Program-made: the position numbers and the translations under genes | Notes under the pieces: generated by a model | Databases searched by the model: none | What the model was told of the DNA's origin: nothing | The model's input: only the letters and a program-made list of their open reading frames with translations | Shown: positions 10,809 through 22,331 of the stretch, in pieces | How positions within the stretch are numbered: position 1 is the first letter of the stretch | How the letters are laid out: each line of letters starts with the position of its first letter | DNA from: an uncultured delta proteobacterium | Lineage (GTDB): Bacteria > Myxococcota_A > Polyangia > Fen-1088 | Reading direction: 5' to 3' | Assembly (NCBI GenBank): GCA_963767925.1 | Contig: CAVYGB010000001.1 | Location: 192,001 to 256,000, forward strand | Length of the DNA: 64,000 nucleotides

Positions 10809-11276
10809 ATGGTTGGATCCGAGGCAGATGGGGACAGCGCGGTCCAGCGTGAAATCGAACCAGAGGTTCTTGCGGGTCTAGGGAGTCGACTCAGCGTTCA
10901 CCTGGCGCCCCAGTCGTTCCGGTTGGGAGATGGCTGCCGTGTCGAGATCGACGGTTGCAGTACGCACCCACCCGTGCTTTGTGAGGTCTTTGCTCACATG
11001 GGAGTTCTCCTTCCGGGCCAAAAGAAGAAGATCATTACGGATGCCTTTAAGCTCATTTATGCGGAGAAAGCTCTGGCGATCCAGGCTCACAAGATCTTGG
11101 CTCTCACGGACGACGCTGCTGCGGCGGCTCTGCGTGGCCGGGCTTGGTACGCCCAGGCGTTCACAGCACTCGGCATAGAAGTGCATGTCGTAAAACTAAG
11201 CGCTGCCTCCGAAGAGAGGCTTCGCGCTGCTCAAGGCAGGCAGGGACGGGCATTCAGGGCGAGACGTGTCGCATGA
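10809..11276 (+). CDS. Hypothetical cassette protein, PD-(D/E)XK nuclease-like
   Basis: VEIDG...LCEVFAH...GQKKKIITDAFKL pattern; GGGGAA RBS; ends in an attC-like left arm. Confidence 0.55.
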   Translation: MVGSEADGDSAVQREIEPEVLAGLGSRLSVHLAPQSFRLGDGCRVEIDGCSTHPPVLCEVFAHMGVLLPGQKKKIITDAFKLIYAEKALAIQAHKILALTDDAAAAALRGRAWYAQAFTALGIEVHVVKLSAASEERLRAAQGRQGRAFRARRVA

Positions 11277-11322
11277 CCGGGAATTCAGCGGACGCCTACC
11301 CTTCGTTGCCTCGCTTGAGCGA
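11271..11322 (+). other. attC left-arm remnant
   Basis: gcatgaccgggaattcagcggacg overlaps the stop codon, with the same layout as 10701; no right arm found. Confidence 0.4.
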
Positions 11323-11838
11323 GTGTTTCACGAGGTCTTGAACCGCCTATTCTTGTCGGAGTGTGGGCGCTGGGAGGGGGGCGTACAATGGCCAGGCGAC
11401 AAACAGTTCAAGCGGGGTTGGTGGCTTTCATTGGATGCCTCTTGACGACCGGATCCTCAGCGGAGGTAGGTGCGTCCGCTGATCGGCACGTGCGCTTCCA
11501 AATCGTCGACGAAGACTGTTCGCGCATGGCTACGTCACTGGGTGCCAGGATTGTCGAATCCGGTCCTGGCAGTCCTAGAAATCCCCTCAGTGTCGCCACC
11601 GGCCTGCGCAGCCCCACTTTTCCACCGGAGCCAACGGGTGCCCAGGAGCCGAACACCCGCGGCACGTCCTCGCCCGGATGACCCGCGGAACGCCCCGAAT
11701 GGGGCCGACTCAGACTCGTCAATAGAGCGAGGTCGTCTCGCGCCTGCGTTGTTTAAGCGCGCGCCATGAGCGCTGGGCGAAGAACGGTCCCAAAATCACC
11801 GGGGATCCCGGGCACCGGTGATGCCGGTGGTAGTGGTA

Positions 11839-13764
11839 GTGCGCCGGGATAAACCGGCAGAGAGGAGAGAATGAGAGAGTCTCACGTCGAAGGAGTAGCG
11901 ACCCACGACGGCCCCGAGTCATGCGGTGGCGCCCGCGAGGACGCCGTCGAAGCGTTGGACAGGGGCACAAGCGGGCCGGGTATTGAGCCGCGAAATCCAC
12001 TCATCCAGGACGCCGACGCCGTTACCATGGGCGGAAGGCAACACGACTCGCATCGCAAACGCGAGATGCGGGACGGTCCTGCGCGGTCGGAGACCCCGTG
12101 CACGCAGGGAACCTCTCTGCACGAGAACCGGGAGAGCTGCGCGTTGCCTGTCGCGATGGTGCGGCAGGACGTGCCGGAAAGGCCCAAAGGCCGTACGCCG
12201 GTGATGCACAACTCGCAGCAGTCAGACGGGCTCATAGTACCGATGAAGCCTCCGAACGAAACCGGTAGTACAACGGTGGAGGAGGGGGTGGAGGGAAGGA
12301 GCCCGGCCAAGGGGAACACGGCTGAGCAAAACGCGCCCCGGACTCAGTGCCGGACCAGCGCGCCGAGTGCGCTTAACCGTGTGCAAGAAGCAGCACGAAA
12401 GGACAGGAAGCAACGGTTCACAGCGCTTCTGCACCATGTGACCGTCGACCGGCTCCGGGATGCATACCACGCGCTCAAGCGCAAGGCCGCGGCCGGAGTC
12501 GACGGCGTAACGTGGAGCGAGTATGGGCAGGATCTCGAGGCAAGCCTTGCGGACCTGCACGCACGAGTTCATCGCGGAGCGTACCGAGCGAAACCTTCGA
12601 GGAGGGTGTACATCCCGAAACCCGACGGTCGACAGAGGCCGCTGGGGATTGCTGCGCTGGAGGACAAGATCGTCCAGCGCGCAGTCGTCGAGGTGCTCAA
12701 TGCCATCTACGAAACAGACTTCCTCGGCTTCTCGTACGGATTCCGCCAGGGGCGCGGCCAGCATGATGCATTGGACGCGCTCGCAACGGGTATCACGCGC
12801 AAGAAGGTGAACTGGGTGCTCGACGCCGACATCCGTAGTTTCTTCGACACCATCGACCACGAATGGATGGTGAAGTTTGTCGAGCATCGCATCGCGGACA
12901 AGAGGGTCGTGCGGCTGATCCAGAAATGGCTGGCCGCCGGCGTACTCGAGCACGAAGAGTGGTCGGCCTCAGAGGAAGGGGTACCGCAAGGCGCGACGGT
13001 TTCGCCGCTCCTCGCGAACATCTACCTTCATTACGTGATCGACCTCTGGGTCCAACATTGGAGGAACAACATAGCGTGCGGCGAGATGATCGTCGTACGG
13101 TATGCCGACGATTTCGTGCTGGGTTTCCAACACGAAAGAGACGCGGTCCGATTCCGGGCCGACCTCCAGCAACGTCTCGAGCAGTTCGGACTTGGGTTGC
13201 ACCCCGAGAAGACGCGGCCTATCCGGTTCGGAAGATACGCGGAGCAGCAGCGTCGGGAACGGGGGCTTGGGAAACCAGAAACATTCGATTTTCTCGGCTT
13301 CTCACACGTGAGTGCGAAGTCGAGGGACCGAAAGTATCGGCTCCTCCGGCGCACCTCAAAGAAACGAATGCGGGCGAAGCTGCAGGGTATCCGCAAGGAC
13401 ATCATGCGGCGACGTCACCAGGCCCTCGAAGCGCAGGGCCAGTGGCTCGGGAGCGTGGTTCGCGGATACTTCGCGTACCACGCAGTACCCATGAACATCT
13501 CCAGGTTGAGCAGTTTTCGGGCCGAGGTCATCCGCGCTTGGCATCGCGCTCTTCGGAGACGAGGTCAGCGAGACCGGGCTGGCTGGAGTCGGATGAACAA
13601 GCTGGCTCGGCGATGGCTCCCCGTCCCGCGACGCCTACATCCACATCCCTGGGAACGCTTCGACGCCAGAACCCAAGGCGGGAGCCGAGTGCGGTAATTC
13701 CGCCCGCTCGGATCTGTGCGGGGGGCGGCCCAAGATTCACGTCGAGGGCCGTCCCTACCGCGAT
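11839..13764 (+). mobile_element. Group II intron (resembles the bacterial class E lineage)
   Basis: GTGCG 5' end at 11839; domain V gagccgagtgcggtaattccgcccgctcggatc at about 13683; domain VI ending ..ccctaccgcgAT at 13764; EBS1 taccat (12023-12028) complementary to 5' exon gtggta. Confidence 0.88.
12204..13697 (+). CDS. ltrA: Group II intron reverse transcriptase/maturase (no endonuclease domain)
   Basis: AAGVDG, YIPKPDGRQRPLGI, FSYGFR, GVPQGATVSPLLANIYLH, RYADDF, FDFLGF and domain X; 497 aa. Confidence 0.95.
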   Translation: MHNSQQSDGLIVPMKPPNETGSTTVEEGVEGRSPAKGNTAEQNAPRTQCRTSAPSALNRVQEAARKDRKQRFTALLHHVTVDRLRDAYHALKRKAAAGVDGVTWSEYGQDLEASLADLHARVHRGAYRAKPSRRVYIPKPDGRQRPLGIAALEDKIVQRAVVEVLNAIYETDFLGFSYGFRQGRGQHDALDALATGITRKKVNWVLDADIRSFFDTIDHEWMVKFVEHRIADKRVVRLIQKWLAAGVLEHEEWSASEEGVPQGATVSPLLANIYLHYVIDLWVQHWRNNIACGEMIVVRYADDFVLGFQHERDAVRFRADLQQRLEQFGLGLHPEKTRPIRFGRYAEQQRRERGLGKPETFDFLGFSHVSAKSRDRKYRLLRRTSKKRMRAKLQGIRKDIMRRRHQALEAQGQWLGSVVRGYFAYHAVPMNISRLSSFRAEVIRAWHRALRRRGQRDRAGWSRMNKLARRWLPVPRRLHPHPWERFDARTQGGSRVR

Positions 13765-13789
13765 CCCGGTGAGGCCGGAGGCGACACCA

Positions 13790-14312
13790 GGGTGGCGAGC
13801 TCGACGCCGGCGTCCTTCTCCGCGGCTTGCTCGACGGCGTGTTCCAGATCCACGCCCGCCCGAGCGAGGAAGAACAGATCGATCAGGTCACGAATCTCCG
13901 CGCGGCCGAGCGTGGCGCAGATCTTGTTGGCCGCGATGTCTTCCAGACTGTCGATCACGGCGCCATCGATGCGAGGTTTTTCCCTGGTTAGCTGCGGGGC
14001 GGAATCGTGAACCAAGTCTACTTTGAGATGTTCGCCATCTACGACGGCCTGAAGCTCCACGAAGCCGGGGTACTCCCTCACGATCTCTGCCTTTCCCTCG
14101 AGGTCGGCGACCGCGCTGTCGACCAGGCGTCTGCCGTGAGTGAAGGTCTCGGCCGTGACTGTAAAAAAGTCGAGATCGGCGCTGGTGCGGTGGTGGAGGT
14201 AGTAGCCCGAGAGCGCAGAGCCGCCGGTCAAGAAGAATTGATCCGTCCGGGAGAAGAAGGCCTCGATCAGCCTTTGCTGGGCGAAGCTGAGACCTTTACG
14301 GGATGAGGCCAT
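13790..14312 (-). pseudogene. AbiEii-family nucleotidyltransferase toxin, C-terminally truncated
   Basis: FFLTGGSALSGYYLHHRTSADLDFF, NKICATLGR and RDLIDLF; runs into intron sequence after ELATL. Confidence 0.75.
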
Positions 14313-14592
14313 CGGCGCGCCAGCGGTCCAGGATCCAGGTCCAGAAGGCGCGTCGGCGGCCCAGCCTGGCCGCCAGCAGCGGCCACCGCACCAGGATGTC
14401 GTCGAGCGTGACGAAGCGCCAGACGTCGTCGAAGCGCGCGTCTCGAAGGACGCGCGCTGTCCAGGTCAGCCTTTCGTCCGGGTCCGCGTCGCTCAAGCGG
14501 CCGCGAAGCTCCGCCACCGTCAGGGGCTGGTCCCAGACGAAATAGGGTTGCGCATCGTCGGAGTCGAGTGCGCGGCTGCACGCCGGGCGCAT
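14296..14592 (-). CDS. Small partner (putative antitoxin) of the AbiEii-like toxin
   Basis: PYFVWD...RVLRDARFDDVWRFV; overlaps the toxin start; true start uncertain. Confidence 0.65.
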   Translation of the reverse strand: MRPACSRALDSDDAQPYFVWDQPLTVAELRGRLSDADPDERLTWTARVLRDARFDDVWRFVTLDDILVRWPLLAARLGRRRAFWTWILDRWRADGLIP

Positions 14593-14898
14593 CCTGCCAG
14601 TTTAGCATTTGTCGGCCTCGTCGGTGGGACGCAGGTAGGGGGCCGCTTCGAGGGAGAGCTGGGCGAAGGTACGGGCGAACAGCGGCAGGCGGAGGCCGAC
14701 CCCCAGGCCCAGGCCGACAACGGTCGAGCGGCGGAGGCCCTGGCGCTCGATCTGCTGCCACCAGCGCTGCACTTCGCCGAACACGAACGCGCGCAGGTCG
14801 ACTCGGGAGAAGGCGCGCTCGTAGGCCAGGACCAGGCCTCCACCGAGGGCGGTGGTGGCGACCCTCGTGTCGACGGCGGCGAAGCGCGCCAGCCTAGC

Positions 14899-15051
14899 GC
14901 ACCGTCTTCGAACAGCATCAATCATTCGGCGACGATCCTGCGCCCCCGCTTCGTTGCTCCTCCTCGGAATATGCCCGATATTCGTCGTTGTCGCGCCTCG
15001 CGGGGAGGCAGGCTTGTCGCCGCCTGATTGACGCTACTTCGAAGACGGTGC
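14899..15051. mobile_element. MITE-like long imperfect palindrome
   Basis: gcaccgtcttcgaa-cagcatcaatca pairs with tgattgacgctacttcgaagacggtgc; inner arms and a gaatat/atattc hairpin; CTAG at the left flank. Confidence 0.65.
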
Positions 15052-15187
15052 ACGAGCAGGCGCAGGCCCAGCTCGAACGAGCCGAGCTGCGCGCCCAGGT
15101 AGAGGCGGGTCAGCGGGGCGGCGGCGCCGCCGCGGTGGGGCGGAGAGGACAGGCCAGCGCCGCCAGCGAAGCGCGCTGGTGGATCTC

Positions 15188-15226
15188 CAGCTCCTCCCCC
15201 TTGAGGTCAGCTCCTCCCCCTTGAGG
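15188..15226. repeat. 19-bp tandem duplication
   Basis: cagctcctcccccttgagg at 15188-15206 and 15208-15226. Confidence 0.9.
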
Positions 15227-15449
15227 GCGTCATCGGGGGACCCTCCAGTCCCCTGGCTGCTGGCATTTCAGGTCAACGAAGCGAAAAGGTCCACACTCTT
15301 GAACAAGGTGCCCGCGCCCTCGGCCGCCACGATGCGATGGTGTCCCGATCCGCTGGCCGCTGCCGAACTTCAAATCTGGGCGGACCGAAGACCGATTGAT
15401 CTCTTCGAACTCTCGGACGCCTCGACCGCATGTATGGAGCAGAAAAGAC

Positions 15450-15818
15450 ATGTCTCGGAACATCGAAACCGTCAACACCTACCTGGACGGCTTCCGCAAG
15501 AACGATCACGCGCAGATCCTGTCCTGCCTGACCGACGATATCGAGTGGACCGTCTTCGGTGCGTTTCATCTGACGGGCAAGGAGGCCTATGACCGCGCCA
15601 TCGACGGCGCGCCCGAGTTCATCGACCCTCCGGAACTGAAAGTCGTGCGCATGGTCGAGCAGGGAGATGTCGTCATGGCAGAGCTCACCGGCGTGGCGAG
15701 GCGAGCCGCAGGCGGCGAGATGCGCATGTCCATGGCCGAGGTATTCGTCATGCGAGACGGCAAGATCGCCGAGCGGCGCGCCTGGGTGATTCCTCTCAGC
15801 GAGAACGACTACCGCTGA
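15450..15818 (+). CDS. NTF2/SnoaL-like protein
   Basis: SRNIETVNTYLDGF..LTDDIEW..EVFVMRDGKIAE. Confidence 0.85.
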   Translation: MSRNIETVNTYLDGFRKNDHAQILSCLTDDIEWTVFGAFHLTGKEAYDRAIDGAPEFIDPPELKVVRMVEQGDVVMAELTGVARRAAGGEMRMSMAEVFVMRDGKIAERRAWVIPLSENDYR

Positions 15819-16058
15819 TCGCGTGCGCGCCTGGTCGTCTTCGCCGGACTTGGCCCCCGGGCAATCAGCGTGGTCTCACCAGTACCTACGCAAGCTGGGA
15901 GCCTGGGGGTCCCAGCTATGGAGACGTTTCCCTGTCTGGATCGCTTGGCTCGCCAGCGATCTCGCGGTCCTCGGAGCAGTGGGCGATGCGATCAACATCC
16001 GTCCTGCGGCCCGGCTCTCCGCCGGTTCGGCCGGTCTGACCGGGTTATACTGATCGTC

Positions 16059-16298
16059 ATGGCGCAGCCCCTGCCCATGCCGCCCCCCGGCTTCGACGAA
16101 CTCCCCGTGGAGGAGAAGATCGATTACGTCCAGGCCTTGTGGGACAGGATCGCGACAAACGCCGACCACCTACCTCTCCGGGATTGGCAGCGTCTGATTC
16201 TGGAAGAGCGGCTAGCCGCTCATCGCACTACGCCAAGCGAGGCGCGCCCCTGGCGGGACGTCCTGGACGGCCTCGAGCGTCGGCTGAAGACGCGATGA
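16059..16298 (+). CDS. Addiction module antitoxin component
   Basis: FDELPVEEKIDYVQALWDRI..WQRLILEERL..PWRDV. Confidence 0.85.
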   Translation: MAQPLPMPPPGFDELPVEEKIDYVQALWDRIATNADHLPLRDWQRLILEERLAAHRTTPSEARPWRDVLDGLERRLKTR

Positions 16299-16507
16299 CC
16301 GAGCTGCGCGTTCGCCCCGAAGCCAGGCGAACCAGGACGCTCTTCATATTGCGGTCGCAGCCGCTCACGGCCTGGACTACCCGCTAACATGGAATTGCCG
16401 GCAATTCGCGAATGCGACGATGCGCGCCCGAATCGGAGCAAGCTGTGTCGATGCCGGCTGCGAGGCTCCGGTGATCTTGTGCGCCGGAAGAGCTGCTGGA
16501 GGGCTGA
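16295..16507 (+). pseudogene. Chimeric toxin remnant: RelE/ParE N-terminus joined to a PIN C-terminus
   Basis: ATGA overlap then MTELRVRPEARR; from 16336 DALHIAVAAAHGLDYPLTWNCRQFANATMR..(fs)PEELLEG*. Confidence 0.7.
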
Positions 16508-16509
16508 CC

Positions 16510-16704
16510 ATGCCGTGGAAAGACGAAATGATTGAAGGGGTAAGGAAGGCCCGTCGAGAGATCGGCGAGGCCCACGGAAACAACCTCCGTCGCGTTGTCG
16601 AGTATTTGCGGCAGAGGGAGCATGCGTCCAAGCGCAGCGTCGTAACCTTTGCACCGCGACCTCCTCGGCGGACAAAGAACGTGTCTGGAGCGACCGCCAA
16701 GTAG
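16510..16704 (+). CDS. Small partner protein of the PIN toxin
   Basis: WKDEMIEGVRKARREIGEAHGNNLRRVVEYLRQRE; starts 2 bp after the PIN remnant stop. Confidence 0.65.
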   Translation: MPWKDEMIEGVRKARREIGEAHGNNLRRVVEYLRQREHASKRSVVTFAPRPPRRTKNVSGATAK

Positions 16705-16829
16705 CGGGCGCCGCCCACGCTGATCTCTGCGGGTCGAGCGCGAGCGCAGACGAGATCGCGGGCCTCCAAGAACCCTTCTGAGTCTGGCGGGCGCCTTCGT
16801 AGAGCTGCGATGAGGATGACTCGCCGGCC

Positions 16830-16913
16830 GGATGACCGCGCGTTATAGACGGACGACGACTTCTCGCGCTCCGCCCGGTCTCTTTTCTCCGCTGAACGCG
16901 GAGATCGTTACGC
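16830..16913 (+). other. Degenerate attC site
   Basis: ggatgac cgcgcgtta..cgga ... tccgctgaacgcgg agatc gttacgc; R' GTT retained. Confidence 0.55.
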
Positions 16914-17347
16914 CGAGTCGCCGTCCTTCTCCTCGATGTCTCGTGCACGCGAGACTACATCACCGCTACGGGCTCCAATAGTCGTCGCCGGTGAACGGTT
17001 GCGTGGCGCCGCGCGCGCGATCACGGCCGCGATCTTCGATCAGGTCCCATGGACGGGTGACACACTTGCTTGTTCTGGTCCTTCGCTGGAAGTTCGAAAC
17101 CCTTCCTCAGGATTTTGAGGGCTCAATCGGCGTTTCGATCCTGCTGATGGTCGTCTGGCCCACGCGAGTCCTGAGTCGATCGTGATCGCCGTTGCGTCGC
17201 CGACGCGCTTGCAGCCACCGAGGCGGGGCGAGCGCCGCAGTCGGCTCGGTTTTCTCGCGGTTGGTCCGTTTGTCGCAAAGGCGATCACCTGCTTCCGATC
17301 ACGTCGGGAGCTTCGGGGGGTCCGTGTACGAACAGAAAGCGAGCGAC

Positions 17348-18817
17348 ATGAAAAGAAACGTTCTGGTACTTCCAATCGTAGGCCTCGTTCTGGGGCTCAG
17401 CGGCGGCTGCGCTGGTGATGACGGCCCCTCCGCCGTCCGCTCACTCGAGCGGGCCACCTCCAACCTCGCAGTGGCGGCGACGATCGACCCGCGCCGGTCG
17501 CTGGTGGCCACCGAGCAGGTGATCCTCGCGCGCTTCGGCTTCAAGAAGGTGCTCGACCAGCTGGTGGCCGGCAGCGGGGTGCCGGGGTTGACCTCCTTGC
17601 AGCTCTTCCGTCAGTGGTGGGACACCCAGAATCCCAAGCCGGGACTGGGGCAGGGGGCTCACTGTGACGACCAGGTCGACGGCAGCGGGGCGCCCACGCT
17701 GAACAGCTACCCGTACAACTGCCGGCCCGCGCCCTCCGAAGGCGCGCAAGCCACCGCCGATCCCTTCGCCGAGCCGCTGGAAGCCAACCCGGATTCCTAC
17801 CTGCCCATCGGCGTCTTCACGCGGACCGACCTGGCGCGCCCGGCGACCGGATCCTGCGGGGAGTACCGGATCGTCTTCGCCAAGCGGTCGGGCGTCACCA
17901 GCGCAACCCAGCGCAACCTGATCATCTTCGAAGGCTTCCTGCCCAACGCCCGCAGCGATCGCAGGCTCCAGGGTTGCAGGCCGCTGTTCCAGTTCGTGGC
18001 CGATCTGTCGGCGCACAGCGATCCTGATCAGCGCGGGGCGCTGCTGGAGCAGCTCTTCTTCCGGGGCGCGGCCGGCTTCCCTCCGGTGGTCGACGTCGCG
18101 CACTACGGAGACAACCCACGCCGGGTGGGCCAGATCCGCACCAACCAGTTCGTCAACGCCCCCGGGTTCACCTGGAGCCTGCGCGAGTTCAAGCTTCTCC
18201 GCAGCTGCACCGGCCGATCCTGCAGCGCCATGCGGCTGGTCCCGGTCACCGTCAAGGTCAACCCGTTCGGACCGCTGTTCGGCGATCCGGCCGGGCACCC
18301 GCGGGCCAACGAGTTCCAGGCCTCCGAGCCCAACCGGGTGGTGGCCGACCTGGCCCGGCCGGACTTCGACGCCGCCGGGGTGGAGGTTCCCGACCAGTTC
18401 AACACGGGACAGAGCCACGCTTCGGGGCCGGCGGAGAACAACTACCTGGTCCAGTTCATGGGGGCACCCTCCGGTTTCCGAGACCGCATCCAGGATCGGC
18501 TCACCAGCGCCGGCAGCAACCTGACCCCGGAGAACGTGGTGGCCCGCTTCATGGCGCTGTCCTGCGCCGGCTGCCACAGCTTCAGCAACAACATGGACCT
18601 GGGGGGAGGCAACACCTGGCCGTCGTCCCTCGGCTTCACCCACGTCGGCGAGAACCAGACCGAGACGGTCGACGGCCAGGTCCGCTTCGTGATCTCGCCC
18701 GCCCTGGTCAACGTGTTCCTGCCGGCGCGCAAGGCGCTGCTGGAATCCGTGCTGGCGATCGACGATCCCCAGCCCAGCGCCCCGGACGAAACCCTGGGCG
18801 GCCGAGTGACCCACTGA
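17348..18817 (+). CDS. Lipoprotein with a C-terminal CxxCH motif
   Basis: LSGGC lipobox; SCAGCH heme-attachment-like motif. Confidence 0.7.
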   Translation: MKRNVLVLPIVGLVLGLSGGCAGDDGPSAVRSLERATSNLAVAATIDPRRSLVATEQVILARFGFKKVLDQLVAGSGVPGLTSLQLFRQWWDTQNPKPGLGQGAHCDDQVDGSGAPTLNSYPYNCRPAPSEGAQATADPFAEPLEANPDSYLPIGVFTRTDLARPATGSCGEYRIVFAKRSGVTSATQRNLIIFEGFLPNARSDRRLQGCRPLFQFVADLSAHSDPDQRGALLEQLFFRGAAGFPPVVDVAHYGDNPRRVGQIRTNQFVNAPGFTWSLREFKLLRSCTGRSCSAMRLVPVTVKVNPFGPLFGDPAGHPRANEFQASEPNRVVADLARPDFDAAGVEVPDQFNTGQSHASGPAENNYLVQFMGAPSGFRDRIQDRLTSAGSNLTPENVVARFMALSCAGCHSFSNNMDLGGGNTWPSSLGFTHVGENQTETVDGQVRFVISPALVNVFLPARKALLESVLAIDDPQPSAPDETLGGRVTH

Positions 18818-18827
18818 TCGAAAGACG

Positions 18828-18856
18828 GCAGCGGTGCGCCTGGAGCGCACCGCTGC
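18828..18856. terminator. Perfect 12-bp hairpin
   Basis: gcagcggtgcgc-ctgga-gcgcaccgctgc just after the stop at 18817; no U tract. Confidence 0.4.
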
Positions 18857-18862
18857 ACATCC

Positions 18863-18946
18863 GTGGTAACCATCGCCGGCAAGGCCGGCGATGACCTCGC
18901 CACGGGGACGCTGAACAGTGTGCTAAAACAAGCAGGTCTTCGATGA
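18863..18946 (+). pseudogene. hicA: HicA toxin C-terminal remnant
   Basis: VVTIAGKAGDDLATGTLNSVLKQAGLR*, with ATGA overlap into hicB. Confidence 0.8.
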
Positions 18947-19167
18947 GATACCTCGTGGTCGTTGAAGAGACGGAAGGGGGCTTCTCGGCGTATTCGCCCG
19001 ACCTCGCCGGCTGCGTCGCGACGGGTTCTACCCGTGAAGAGGTACAGCGCGAGATGGCCTCGGCTATCTCGTTTCACCTCGAAGGACTGCAGTCGGAGGG
19101 GCTCGACATCCCGGAGCCGCATTCGTTCTCTACGTACGTCGACGTGCCCGCTCAACCAGACCGTTGA
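18943..19167 (+). CDS. hicB: HicB family antitoxin
   Basis: YLVVVEETEGGFSAYSPDLAGCVATGSTREE..AISFHLEGL. Confidence 0.9.
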   Translation: MRYLVVVEETEGGFSAYSPDLAGCVATGSTREEVQREMASAISFHLEGLQSEGLDIPEPHSFSTYVDVPAQPDR

Positions 19168-19212
19168 CGCTGACGGCCCTCTCCCACGCCTGCGGCTCGG
19201 TCGGTCGCAAGC
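19150..19212 (+). other. attC remnant after hicAB
   Basis: gctcaac (RYYYAAC) cagaccgttgacgctgacggcc ... ggtcgcaagc; R' not found. Confidence 0.45.
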
Positions 19213-19399
19213 GCCCCGACCTGCTACCCGACTGGATCGCCGTCTCGCATCCCGAGATCCTCGTGCAAGACGGTCCCACGATGTCCTCTCCTCTGCCTCC
19301 AGGCCCCGGCTCCTCAAGCGCCATCTTCCTGAAAGGCGCAAGCCCGGCCGGGACGATCCTCGTCGATGGATACGTCCCACCGGCCCTCCATCGCGGGGC

Positions 19400-22204
<2,805 letters not shown>

Positions 22205-22331
22205 GGTCGTGGGGCCTCCCGCAGCCTTCTTAACACCGAGCGGGCCGTATCACGCGCATCATCTGCCGGCGGTCGCCTTCGATGGTGCTCGTCAGGGCCG
22301 CCGCGCGTCGCCGTCGTGTTCGGATGCAACG

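Larger units (their letters stand above)
11759..13789 (+). mobile_element. 5' remnant of a second group II intron (11759-11838 plus 13765-~13789), split by the inner intron
   Basis: gcgcgccatgagcgctgggcgaagaacggtcccaaaatcacc...ggtagtggta|cccggtgaggccggaggcgacacc resembles a group II domain I 5' end (recognised from memory). Confidence 0.5.
14602..15240 (-). pseudogene. Fragment of a beta-barrel-like protein gene interrupted by a palindromic element
   Basis: Alternating hydrophobic strands on both sides of 14899-15051 (LTRLYLGAQLGSFELGLRL / GGGLVLAYERAF..VVGLGLGVGLRLPL). Confidence 0.35.

Noticed and set aside
11361..11681. Third cassette gene
   Set aside because: Signal-peptide-like start but it degenerates quickly, and no convincing attC follows
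11871..12203. 111-aa N-terminal extension of the RT (608-aa ORF)
   Set aside because: This region is intron ribozyme domains I-III that happen to be open; the IEP most plausibly starts at 12204
12204..13697. RT as a retron, DGR or defence RT
   Set aside because: It has domain X and flanking domains V/VI; no template/variable repeat pair or msr/msd was seen
11839..13764. Class IIC-attC intron
   Set aside because: The insertion site is not an attC and the IEP and RNA do not look like class C
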